Assembly: GCA_963632935.1 (NCBI GenBank)
Contig: CAVGWA010000004.1
Coordinates: 2,576-66,575, forward strand
Length of the DNA stretch: 64,000 nucleotides
Source: Oscillospiraceae bacterium
Lineage (GTDB): Bacteria > Bacillota_I > Bacilli_A > RF39 > UBA660
Reading direction: 5' to 3'
Shown: positions 55,576 to 64,000 of the stretch, piece by piece
Layout: every line of letters begins with the position of its first letter
How positions within the stretch are numbered: position 1 is the first letter of the stretch
Notes under the pieces: generated by a model
What the model saw: only the letters and a program-made list of their open reading frames with translations
Database searches by the model: none
Told to the model about the DNA's origin: nothing
Program-made: the position numbers and the translations under genes

Positions 55576-57618
55576 CTAAGGTTTACAAGTATAAACATTA
55601 TAATCATTTTTACTTAAATTAATTTTTATACTGCCATCTAAATCTGTTCTATAAATTTTACTATTTTTTAAAATATCTAAAACTTCTTTCCTAGGGTGAT
55701 GATACATATTATTTTTACCAACACTAATTAAACTATATTTAGAATTAATTTTATTGATAAATTCTTTACTACTACTTGTATTTGATCCATGATGACCAAC
55801 TTTAAGAAAATCAATATTTCCTAAATCATATTTTTTTAATATATCATATTCTTTTTCTTTACTAGCATCACCCATAAATAAAAATTTTTTATTATTATAA
55901 TTCAAGTAAATAACTGAACTATTAGTATTTTCATCATTATAAATAGTTGTATTTAAGAATTTTAATGTATAATTATCAATATTTAATTCATTAATGCATG
56001 AAAAATACTTAATATTTTTCTTATCTAATACTTTAATTAATTTATTTTCTAAGTCATTAAACTTGCCACAATTAAATATTACATTTTCTATTTTTAATGC
56101 ATCAGCTAAATTAATTGCCTCACCTATATGGTCATAATCACCATGAGTTATAATTAAATAATTTATTTTATCTATTCCTTCGGATTTTAAATATAAAGAT
56201 GTAATATTTTTTGTAATGTTATAACTACTAAAAATCAAACCGCCTGTATCTATTAAAATATTTTTATTATTATGTTTTAATAATATACTATCTCCTTGTT
56301 TAACATCAATTACAGTAACAAAAGAAGATGGAATAATATTATTTATATTGTGATGTAAAAACAAAAGAGAAAAAAAGATAATTATAGCTAATTTGTTTTT
56401 TTGATAAAGATATAATGTTATTGTAATAATAATATAATACAAAATTATAAATATAATATTTATATGACATAATGTAATATTTAAAAAAGTGATTTTTGAA
56501 AAAAACAATGACGCATTTTCTAAAAGGGTTATACTTTTTAAAAGTAATATATCAAAAGGTTTTATAAAAAAAGTTAAAATAGCAATTAAATAAATTATCA
56601 TCATTAAAGGTGCGAAATATAAATTTATTAATGGTGATAAAATATTTAATGAAAAAAAATTATTAATTAATATTACTGATGAAGATAAAAACGCAATTGC
56701 TGACATATTTAATGTTTTTGAAAAATATGATTTTTGTGAATTTATTATTTTTTTAAATAAAATTAAATAAAACGAAACAGTAAATGATAAAATAAATCCT
56801 AAGTTATAAATATAATAAGGGTTTATTAAAATTAATATGTCAAAGGTTAATAGTAATATATATATTGTTTTAATTTTTATATTTAAAATTTTATTTAAAG
56901 AAAGTAAATTAAAAAATGTTACAGCTCTTAATATTGATGGTGAAGAGCTTGAGATAAATAAATAAAATTGTAAAAATATACTCGCACTAATTAAAGAAAC
57001 ATTTTTAGATAAAAATTTACTTAAAATAAATTTTATAATTGATGCAAATAATGTTATTTGAAAACCTGATATTGCGAGTAAATGACTTATCCCATTTATT
57101 CGATAACTTTCAGTAATATCATTTTCTATATCCTTGCTATCCCCTAGAATTAACGCTTGCAAATATGCTTTTGATTTATATTTGCTTATATGTTTATAAA
57201 TTTTATTTTTAATTTTATAAATAAAAGATACTCTACTATTTAAAGTTTGTATTTCATCAGCTTTTAAAATGTAATGAATTTTTTCAGATAAAAGATATTT
57301 TCTGTAATTAAATAAATAAAAGTTTGTATTATTATTTGGTTTATTAAGCACACCAGTTGCTTTAATTTTTATTCCTAATTTACAAGGAAAATAATCATAA
57401 TAATTTATCAAAATATTTTCTTTTGCTTTTATTTTAATAACTGTTTTATCTTTTGAATATTTACAGCTATAAACTATTCCATTAACCGATTTTTCTTCAC
57501 CAGTATATAAACTTTTATCTTTATAAATTAAAATAAGTATTAAACTTAAAAATGTAATAATTAAAATTAATATTTTATACAGTGATATTATTTTTGATTT
57601 TTTCAAATGCACTATCAC
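55576..57618 (-). CDS. comEC: DNA internalisation competence protein ComEC/Rec2
   Basis: 680 aa. Competence domain (...ESYRINGISHLLAISGFQ...), polytopic core, C-terminal metallo-beta-lactamase domain (...ITHGDYDHIG..., ...VGHHGS...). Confidence 0.9.
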   Translation of the reverse strand: MIVHLKKSKIISLYKILILIITFLSLILILIYKDKSLYTGEEKSVNGIVYSCKYSKDKTVIKIKAKENILINYYDYFPCKLGIKIKATGVLNKPNNNTNFYLFNYRKYLLSEKIHYILKADEIQTLNSRVSFIYKIKNKIYKHISKYKSKAYLQALILGDSKDIENDITESYRINGISHLLAISGFQITLFASIIKFILSKFLSKNVSLISASIFLQFYLFISSSSPSILRAVTFFNLLSLNKILNIKIKTIYILLLTFDILILINPYYIYNLGFILSFTVSFYLILFKKIINSQKSYFSKTLNMSAIAFLSSSVILINNFFSLNILSPLINLYFAPLMMIIYLIAILTFFIKPFDILLLKSITLLENASLFFSKITFLNITLCHINIIFIILYYIIITITLYLYQKNKLAIIIFFSLLFLHHNINNIIPSSFVTVIDVKQGDSILLKHNNKNILIDTGGLIFSSYNITKNITSLYLKSEGIDKINYLIITHGDYDHIGEAINLADALKIENVIFNCGKFNDLENKLIKVLDKKNIKYFSCINELNIDNYTLKFLNTTIYNDENTNSSVIYLNYNNKKFLFMGDASKEKEYDILKKYDLGNIDFLKVGHHGSNTSSSKEFINKINSKYSLISVGKNNMYHHPRKEVLDILKNSKIYRTDLDGSIKINLSKNDYNVYTCKP

Positions 57619-58243
57619 CTATTCCAGATACATTTTTTATATCTTCTATTTTTTCAAATTTGCCATTACTTTCTCGGTATTCAATAATAGCTTGAGCTTT
57701 TGTTTCACCAATTCCATTTAAAGTTTGAAGTGTTTGCTGATCCGCTGTATTTATATTAACTAATTGGCTTTTAGTATTATCAGAATTTTCTAAATTACTT
57801 TTTTCATCTTTTTTATCAATACATGCATTATTATAATTAGGACAGGATGTTTGATTAGTATTCATTTTTCTAATTTCTTCTTTTGAATATACAATTATAA
57901 CCATTTCATCTTCTAATTTTTTACTTAAATTTATATTGCTTGTATCACTTTTGTTTGTTAATCCTCCTGCTTGATTAATAACATCCATAACTGTATTTTG
58001 AACTGTTGTTTCATAGACACCTGGATTATTTACTTGACCCTTAACATCCACTAATATTTTTTTTATTTCTTCTTTAGATTGTTTCTTTTCCTGAGTTTTT
58101 TTCTCTTTATTATCCCCTTTAATACTAATATCTTCTTTTACGTCTTCTTTTGTTTCATAATTAGTTTCAATAATAATAAACGCAGAAAATAAAATAAAAA
58201 CGAATATTATGATTTTTCCTTTATGTCTCATTAAAAAATCCAT
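57575..58243 (-). CDS. comEA: Competence protein ComEA (membrane-anchored HhH DNA receptor)
   Basis: N-terminal TM, SLBB-like region (VDVKGQVNNPGVYE), C-terminal tandem helix-hairpin-helix NINTADQQTLQTLNGIGETKAQAIIEYR...VSGIGDSAFEKI. Confidence 0.85.
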   Translation of the reverse strand: MDFLMRHKGKIIIFVFILFSAFIIIETNYETKEDVKEDISIKGDNKEKKTQEKKQSKEEIKKILVDVKGQVNNPGVYETTVQNTVMDVINQAGGLTNKSDTSNINLSKKLEDEMVIIVYSKEEIRKMNTNQTSCPNYNNACIDKKDEKSNLENSDNTKSQLVNINTADQQTLQTLNGIGETKAQAIIEYRESNGKFEKIEDIKNVSGIGDSAFEKIKNNITV

Positions 58244-58319
58244 ATTTCTCCTTTCTACCTCTCATTTATTAACATACAACATTTTTAGTTAATTTCCTGC
58301 TTAAAATAGAAAAAAATCC

Positions 58320-59489
58320 TTATTTAGGAATTTTTATCGTTTTATTTTTAGATTCTATACAAACCCTTTGAACAATTGATAATGATGAAATTAAAGAAAG
58401 AACAAAACTACCACCATAACTTAAAAATGGTAATGGAACACCTGTTAATGGAATTAGTCCAAACATTCCACCTAAGTTTACAAATATATGAATAAATATA
58501 TAACTTGCAATACCAACACACATATATCTACCTCTTAATGTAGAAGAATTTGATCCGATTACGCAAATGCGATATAAAATAATAGCATAAAGTATAAAAA
58601 TAAATATTGTTTTTAAACCATTTTCTTCTGCAATTATGGCGAATACTGAATCAGTATGTGGTTCTGGAATATAAGAATATTTTTGTTTACTTTTTCCAAG
58701 ACCAAGTCCAAAAAAGCCGCCATCATTTATTGCAATATAACTGTTACATACTTGATACCCTCCACTTTCATAATTACCACATGGATCTAAAAATGAAGTA
58801 AAACGGCTAATACGTGCACTGTTTAAAATATGTCCCTGAATTAAATATATAAATAAAAGTACAAAAATGCACAAGAAAAACATTAATAAAAATGTTTTTA
58901 TTTTATCTTTTTTTAAAATTGGGCTTGTAAGAAACATCATACCCATTATGAATAATGTTATAAGTAATGTTCCAAAATCCTTTTGCAGAATAATAGTTGC
59001 AGGAATTATAGTTGATATTAGTAATATACTGCCAATTGTATCGTAATGTTTAATGTCAACTGTTCTTAATTTTCTATAGTTTTTTTCAAATAAAAGTGCT
59101 AGCATAGCTATTAAAATTGGTTTAGAAAATTCACTTGGTTGAAGTTTAATTACTTTTAAGTCAATCCAGTTTTTAGAACCACTTAATTCATCAAAAGTTA
59201 ATGCCCACAAATTTAAAAATATAACAATTATAAACATTGCAGGAATTATTATTTTGTAATATTTTGTATCTGTTTTAATAATTATAGAGCCTATTATAGA
59301 ACCTATTATAATGAAAATAAGTTGTCTAAAAAAATAATAATATATTGATACATCATAATTAACAACTGCGGCTCTTGATGAGGCTGTAACTATGTTTAAA
59401 AGGCCACCAATAAATAATATTGTTGTTGTAATTAATAGTACTTTATCAAGGTTTTTTATAGCACCAATCAATGATTGTTTTTTCTGCAT
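58320..59489 (-). CDS. SEDS-family peptidoglycan polymerase (FtsW/RodA/SpoVE)
   Basis: ...NWIDLKVIKLQPSEFSKP..., ...PEPHTDSVFA..., ...GLIPLTGVPLPFLSYGGSF... RBS GGAGGTGGGG before ATG 59489. The upstream part of the track ORF (to 59654) is a read-through artefact. Confidence 0.85.
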   Translation of the reverse strand: MQKKQSLIGAIKNLDKVLLITTTILFIGGLLNIVTASSRAAVVNYDVSIYYYFFRQLIFIIIGSIIGSIIIKTDTKYYKIIIPAMFIIVIFLNLWALTFDELSGSKNWIDLKVIKLQPSEFSKPILIAMLALLFEKNYRKLRTVDIKHYDTIGSILLISTIIPATIILQKDFGTLLITLFIMGMMFLTSPILKKDKIKTFLLMFFLCIFVLLFIYLIQGHILNSARISRFTSFLDPCGNYESGGYQVCNSYIAINDGGFFGLGLGKSKQKYSYIPEPHTDSVFAIIAEENGLKTIFIFILYAIILYRICVIGSNSSTLRGRYMCVGIASYIFIHIFVNLGGMFGLIPLTGVPLPFLSYGGSFVLSLISSLSIVQRVCIESKNKTIKIPK

Positions 59490-59630
59490 AGCCCCACCTC
59501 CTACTTTATATAATAATAGCATATTATTTTTTATTTTTCTATAATTATAATTTAAAAAAATATAATTAGGTATTTTTAATATACGTTTTTTTACTGATGA
59601 ATAAACTATTATTAGATAGGAGGCATAAAT

Positions 59631-59786
59631 ATGTATTATTATGGCGGATATCAAGGCTACGGCTGTGGCACACCTTATGGCACTAATTATGGAGGATATG
59701 GAACTGGCTATGGTGCAGCTATTATATTAGTATTATTTATTCTACTTGTAATAATTATTGGTGCGAGAGCATTTGGTAGCAATTAA
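59631..59786 (+). CDS. YjcZ-family small sporulation protein (51 aa, below ORF-track cutoff)
   Basis: MYYYGGYQGYGCGTPYGTNYGGYGTGYGAAIILVLFILLVIIIGARAFGSN: a G/Y-rich head + (F)AxxxVLFILLxIxG tail. RBS TAGGAGG. Terminator follows. Confidence 0.6.
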   Translation: MYYYGGYQGYGCGTPYGTNYGGYGTGYGAAIILVLFILLVIIIGARAFGSN

Positions 59787-59808
59787 AGGATATTATTATC
59801 CTTTTTTC
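59786..59808 (+). terminator. Rho-independent terminator after the yjcZ-like gene
   Basis: AAGGATA TTAT TATCCTT running into TTTTTT. Confidence 0.65.
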
Positions 59809-59913
59809 TTTACATTTAATATTTATAAGGTTATAATATGAATGCTTTTAAAAGATAATTTTTTTATCTTGTTTTATATTAATTATGGTAAAATAGTATA
59901 TGGAGGTAGTGTT

Positions 59914-60462
59914 ATGTTTAAACCTTTAAATATTTTAGATGAAAAACATAAAGTTTTAAGACAAAAAAGTTTAGAAGTTAAATTACCTTTGTCTAAAGAT
60001 GATAAAAAAATAATAGAACAAATCATTAAACATTTAACTTATAGTCAAATAGAAAAATATGCGGAAAAATATGATTTAAGACCTGGCATGGGTCTTGCTT
60101 TTCCGCAGCTTGGAATACTTAAAAGAATTATTGTTTTGGTATATGAATATGAAGAAGGAAAATTTGAAAATTATGTTTTAATTAATCCAAAAATTATTAG
60201 TCACTCTGAAGAGATGGTTGCTTTAGAAACTGGTGAAGGATGTTTAAGTGTTAATCGTGAAGTAGAAGGTCATGTTCCAAGATATGCTAGAATAACTATT
60301 ACTGGTTATGATCCCGATGGAAATAAAATAAGTATCCGAGCTCGAGAAGATTTATCGGTTGCCTTTCAACATGAAGTTGATCATTTGAATGGAATTTTAT
60401 TTTTTGATAGAATAGACAAAAATAAACCATTTTTTAGTGAAAATGAAATCAGATTAATTTAG
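59914..60462 (+). CDS. def: Peptide deformylase
   Basis: GMGLAFPQLG, EGCLSV, HEVDHLNG motifs. RBS GGAGGT before ATG 59914. Confidence 0.9.
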   Translation: MFKPLNILDEKHKVLRQKSLEVKLPLSKDDKKIIEQIIKHLTYSQIEKYAEKYDLRPGMGLAFPQLGILKRIIVLVYEYEEGKFENYVLINPKIISHSEEMVALETGEGCLSVNREVEGHVPRYARITITGYDPDGNKISIRAREDLSVAFQHEVDHLNGILFFDRIDKNKPFFSENEIRLI

Positions 60463-60474
60463 GGAGGACAGAAT

Positions 60475-62205
60475 ATGAAAAAAATAATTATTAAATATGT
60501 TGTTTTAATTATTATAACTTTTGGTATTTCTATTTGTATCTATAATCATATAGAAATTAATAAACCAGTTGATACTGAAAGTGATTTATTATCTTTACAA
60601 AGTCAAAAAGAAAAACAATATTTAAACAATACTAACTATACAGTTGATAGTCCAAATGTTATATTAAATCCCTATGGTAACTCACCTTTATCTGCTTTAA
60701 TAGTTTTTCAAACTAAAGATTTAACAACTACTACAATAACTGTAAAAGGCAAAGATGGTGCGGATGATTTAACTCATACATTTACGCCTGCTAAAGTTCA
60801 CATATTACCTATTTATGGTTTATATGCAGGATATGAAAATAAAGTAATTATTAGTGTAAGCGGAGTAAGTAAAGAAATAACAATTAAAACTGACGAATTA
60901 CCAAATGATTTTGCTAAAGTAACTGATTTAAATAACAATGAATTTAAAACTGACGAATTTTATTTTACAACTCCAGAAGATACTGGTTATACATCAGCCT
61001 ATGATTCAAATGGTGAAGTTAGATGGTATTTAGTCGGAGATTATAAATGGGACATTCAAAGGCTTAACAATGGACATATTTTATTAAGTAGTGATAAAAC
61101 TTTAAAAAAATCATATAGTGTTGGTTTAATTGAAATGGATTTACTTGGAAAAATATATTATGAATATGCAATTCCTGGTGGTTATCACCATGATGTGTTT
61201 GAACTTAATAATGGTAATTTACTTTTGGCTTCTAATAAACAAGGTAGTGATACTTATGAAGACTATGCTGTAGAAATAGATAGGGCTACAGGAAAAATTA
61301 CTAAAGAAATTGATTTATCTCAAATACTTCCTGGTAAAAAGAAAAATAATTGGTTTAAAATGAATTCAATTAATTATGATATTAATACAAATTCAATTAC
61401 AGTGTCAGGATATAATAATAATATGATTGTTAATTTAGATTATTCTAATTTAGATATTAACTGGATAATAACTGATGAAGATAAAATTGATAAAGAATAT
61501 AAACAATATTTGCTTAAAAAAGATGGTGATGTAGATTATCCTAATAAACCAGAATCAATTAATTTGCTTAATGATAATTCAATGATGCTAGTAATTAGCA
61601 AAAATGGTAAAAAACATTTAATAACATATAAAATAGATTATTCTAATCGTAGTTTTAAGCAAACAAAGGATTATTCTTTAAATAGTGATGATAGTACTTA
61701 TTTAGAAGTTTTAAATGATAATAATTATATTGTTACTCAAGATCATACAATTTATGAAATTCAAGATGATGAAGAAGTTATCAGCATGAATGTTAATTCA
61801 TCACTATATAATACTAAAAAAATGGCACTGTATGCTAATGACATATATACTGGTGTACAAGGTGTAAGACTTGGTAGTTTGGGCGAATCAAAAACTACAG
61901 ATAATCATATTTTGTTGGGTTCTAAGGTTGATAATACTATATTAAAAAAATATAATATTTCCCTTTATAAGGATGTATTTGGGCTTAAAGTTAAAGGAAC
62001 ATTTAAGGCAAATGATGATGTACAAATAATTTTGGATAATGTTTTAGATAAAAAAACATATAATTTAACTGTTAAAGATAATTCCAATAAAAAAATAAAA
62101 GTTTCAAGATATATCAGCGAAGATGGCATTACTGGAAAATATTATTTATATATGCGCATTAATGATAAAATTTATAAATTGCAAAAATACGTCATATTTT
62201 ATTAA
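60475..62205 (+). CDS. Arylsulfotransferase (ASST)-like beta-propeller protein, membrane-anchored
   Basis: N-terminal TM. ...VILNPYGNSPLSALIVFQT... N-domain and ...GGYHHDVFELNNGNLL... (catalytic His region) resemble ASST family proteins. Confidence 0.6.
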   Translation: MKKIIIKYVVLIIITFGISICIYNHIEINKPVDTESDLLSLQSQKEKQYLNNTNYTVDSPNVILNPYGNSPLSALIVFQTKDLTTTTITVKGKDGADDLTHTFTPAKVHILPIYGLYAGYENKVIISVSGVSKEITIKTDELPNDFAKVTDLNNNEFKTDEFYFTTPEDTGYTSAYDSNGEVRWYLVGDYKWDIQRLNNGHILLSSDKTLKKSYSVGLIEMDLLGKIYYEYAIPGGYHHDVFELNNGNLLLASNKQGSDTYEDYAVEIDRATGKITKEIDLSQILPGKKKNNWFKMNSINYDINTNSITVSGYNNNMIVNLDYSNLDINWIITDEDKIDKEYKQYLLKKDGDVDYPNKPESINLLNDNSMMLVISKNGKKHLITYKIDYSNRSFKQTKDYSLNSDDSTYLEVLNDNNYIVTQDHTIYEIQDDEEVISMNVNSSLYNTKKMALYANDIYTGVQGVRLGSLGESKTTDNHILLGSKVDNTILKKYNISLYKDVFGLKVKGTFKANDDVQIILDNVLDKKTYNLTVKDNSNKKIKVSRYISEDGITGKYYLYMRINDKIYKLQKYVIFY

Positions 62206-62230
62206 AGAGCTGTAAATTAATACAGCTCTT
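62205..62230. terminator. Bidirectional terminator between convergent genes
   Basis: AAGAGCTGTA AATTAA TACAGCTCTT. Confidence 0.7.
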
Positions 62231-62242
62231 TAATATTACTCA

Positions 62243-63838
62243 TTACTCATATTTTTCTAAATATTCATCGTATGTCATTTGCTTATCAATATATGTTCCA
62301 TCCTCATTAATTAATATTAATCTATTTGCAAGTGTTGAGATGAGTTCTGTGTCAAATGTGGCAAATACAATTGGACCATCAAATTTATTTAAACCATTAT
62401 TTAACGAAGTGATCGATTCAATATCTAAATGGTTTGTTGGCTCATCTAATAACAAAACGTTACCCTTATTTAACATCATTTTGGCAAACATACACCTTAC
62501 TTTTTCACCACCAGATAATACATTTACTTTTTTCAAAGCTTCTTCTGATGAAAATAACATTCTTCCTAAAAAGCCTCTAACAAAGCTATCATCCTTATTT
62601 TCAGAAAATTTTCTTAACCATTCTACTAAGTCCGTATCTTCTTTAAAATATTTATCATGATTCTTTGGAAAATAAGAAGTTAATACAGTAGAACCAAATT
62701 TAACTTCACCACTATCAGGCATTTTTTCACCTGCTAAAATTTGAAGTAATGTTGTTTTAGCAATTTCATTTTCTCCAATCAAAGCTATTCTATCGTCTTT
62801 TTTAATATTAAGATTTAAATTTCTTATTACCGTTTTATTATCAATAGTAACATTAACGTTACTTAATGTAATAATTTCTTTTCCTAATCTTTTTTCATAA
62901 TCAAAATTAATATAAGGATATTTTCTAGTAGAAGGTTTTAATTCATCCAAAGTTATCTTTTCAAGTAATTTTTTTCTTGATGTTGCTTGTTTTGATTTAG
63001 AAGCATTGGCTGAAAATCTTGCAATAAATGATTGCAATTCCTTTATTTTTTCTTCTTTTTTCTTATTAGATTGTTTTATTTGCTTTTGCATAAGTTCATT
63101 AGATTTATACCAAAAATCATAGTTACCTATTGTGATTTGAATTCTTTCTCTATCAATATCAACCATATGAGTACAAACTTTATTTAAAAAATGTCTATCA
63201 TGAGATACTAAAATAATAGTTCCATTAAAATCTAATAAAAAATCTTCAAGCCATATTTTACTTTTAATATCTAGTCCATTGGTTGGTTCATCTAATAGTA
63301 ATATATCTGGCTTTCCAAATAAAGCTTGAGCTAATAATACTTTTACTTTATCTTTATCTTTTAAAATTTCCATTTTTTTATCATATAAGTCCATATTAAG
63401 ACCAAGACCAGATAATAATATAGCAGCATCGCTCTCTGCTTCCCATCCATTTAAAGAAGCAAATTCATCTTCTAATTTGGCTACTTTAATACCGTCTTCA
63501 TTCGTGAAATTTTCTTTCATATATAAAATTTCTTTTTCTTTCATAATTTTATATAATCTATCATTACCCATTATGACAGTATCAATTACAGTATAATCAT
63601 TATATATATTATGATTTTGTTTTAAATAAGAAATACGTTCATCTTTACCTTTAATAACTTCACCTTTTGTACTATCAATTTGACCCATTAATATTTTTAA
63701 AAAAGTAGATTTTCCTGCACCATTTGCACCTATTACACCATAACAATTACCAGATGAAAATTCTAAATTAACATCATCAAATAATACTCTTTTACCATAA
63801 CGGACGCACAAATTATTTACTTTTAACATATTTATCAC
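62243..63838 (-). CDS. ABC-F family ATPase (two ABC cassettes, no TM domain)
   Basis: Walker A GANGAGKST and GENEIAKTT, signatures LSGG.., Walker B LLLDEPTN twice, with a charged inter-domain linker (QKQIKQSNKKKEEKIKELQ). Confidence 0.85.
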   Translation of the reverse strand: MINMLKVNNLCVRYGKRVLFDDVNLEFSSGNCYGVIGANGAGKSTFLKILMGQIDSTKGEVIKGKDERISYLKQNHNIYNDYTVIDTVIMGNDRLYKIMKEKEILYMKENFTNEDGIKVAKLEDEFASLNGWEAESDAAILLSGLGLNMDLYDKKMEILKDKDKVKVLLAQALFGKPDILLLDEPTNGLDIKSKIWLEDFLLDFNGTIILVSHDRHFLNKVCTHMVDIDRERIQITIGNYDFWYKSNELMQKQIKQSNKKKEEKIKELQSFIARFSANASKSKQATSRKKLLEKITLDELKPSTRKYPYINFDYEKRLGKEIITLSNVNVTIDNKTVIRNLNLNIKKDDRIALIGENEIAKTTLLQILAGEKMPDSGEVKFGSTVLTSYFPKNHDKYFKEDTDLVEWLRKFSENKDDSFVRGFLGRMLFSSEEALKKVNVLSGGEKVRCMFAKMMLNKGNVLLLDEPTNHLDIESITSLNNGLNKFDGPIVFATFDTELISTLANRLILINEDGTYIDKQMTYDEYLEKYE

Positions 63839-63864
63839 CTTTTTAATTATACATGAAAGTATTT

Positions 63865-64000
63865 TTATTTTAAAGCCTTAACATATTTTTTACAATTATT
63901 TTCATCGAAATATACTAAATTATTATTTTCTAAATATTTTTCAAAATCATTATATGGGTAAATTTCTAAAAGTTTTTCTTTATCAATGTTAAATTTTTTT
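63865..64000 (-). CDS. 3' end of an unidentified gene (5' part outside window)
   Basis: Open frame to the window edge, ending ...YPYNDFEKYLENNNLVYFDENNCKKYVKALK*. Confidence 0.3.
   Translation of the reverse strand, partial: KKFNIDKEKLLEIYPYNDFEKYLENNNLVYFDENNCKKYVKALK

Noticed and set aside
59490-59654. N-terminal extensions in the ORF track. Examples are the SEDS ORF running to 59654, the transposase from 53622, dnaG to 53108, the LMW-PTP to 44398 and def from 59842.
   Set aside because: In each case a strong GGAGG-type RBS lies inside the putative extension, 5-8 nt upstream of an internal ATG that begins the conserved protein. The upstream codons are read-through of the 5' UTR.

Overview
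Very AT-rich Bacillota (Firmicutes) chromosomal segment from an endospore-forming lineage. No rRNA, CRISPR array or prophage was seen. Layout: (i) 1-9.3 kb, mostly + strand: ychF (3' part)-rpsF-ssb-rpsR, a thioester-domain surface adhesin with its own sortase, cwlD, an Abi_2-type abortive-infection gene, htrA, cwlJ, tRNA-Trp, rpiB, spoIID and a SpoIIQ-like degenerate LytM protein. (ii) 9.3-14.7 kb, an accessory junction: an IS1634-family element, a Nudix gene, an ISL3-family element, and a BclA-like collagen-repeat protein. (iii) 14.6-24 kb, mostly - strand: thioredoxin-like protein, metal transporters, guaD, an HTH protein, an LtaS-family enzyme, mnmA, spoIIM-like, an SGNH hydrolase and spoIVB. 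(iv) 24.1-44.4 kb: a ~20 kb, 18-gene single-strand glycan-assembly locus. It has a Wzx flippase, 2x GT14, 4x GT2, GT4, a split Alg14/Alg13-like GT, a GtrB-like polyprenyl-P-sugar synthase, an acyltransferase_3, an LMW-PTP and six 477-569 aa polytopic membrane proteins. No priming transferase, sugar-nucleotide genes or chain-length regulator are visible. (v) 44.5-64 kb: polysaccharide deacetylase, queH, pilD plus an N-terminally extended pilC-like gene, yqfQ-like, trmK-sigA-dnaG, an IS1202-group (ISNCY) element flanked by a perfect 28-bp duplication, comEC-comEA, a SEDS protein, a YjcZ-like peptide, def, an arylsulfotransferase-like protein and an ABC-F ATPase. The best candidate for something undescribed is the glycan locus with its excess of GT-C/Wzy-like membrane proteins and its duplicated terminator-promoter cassettes. 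Secondary candidates are the minimal thioester adhesin/sortase pair, the BclA-like protein in the IS-flanked junction, the orphan Abi_2 gene and the atypical PilC. All family calls come from motif recognition by eye. No database search was run.
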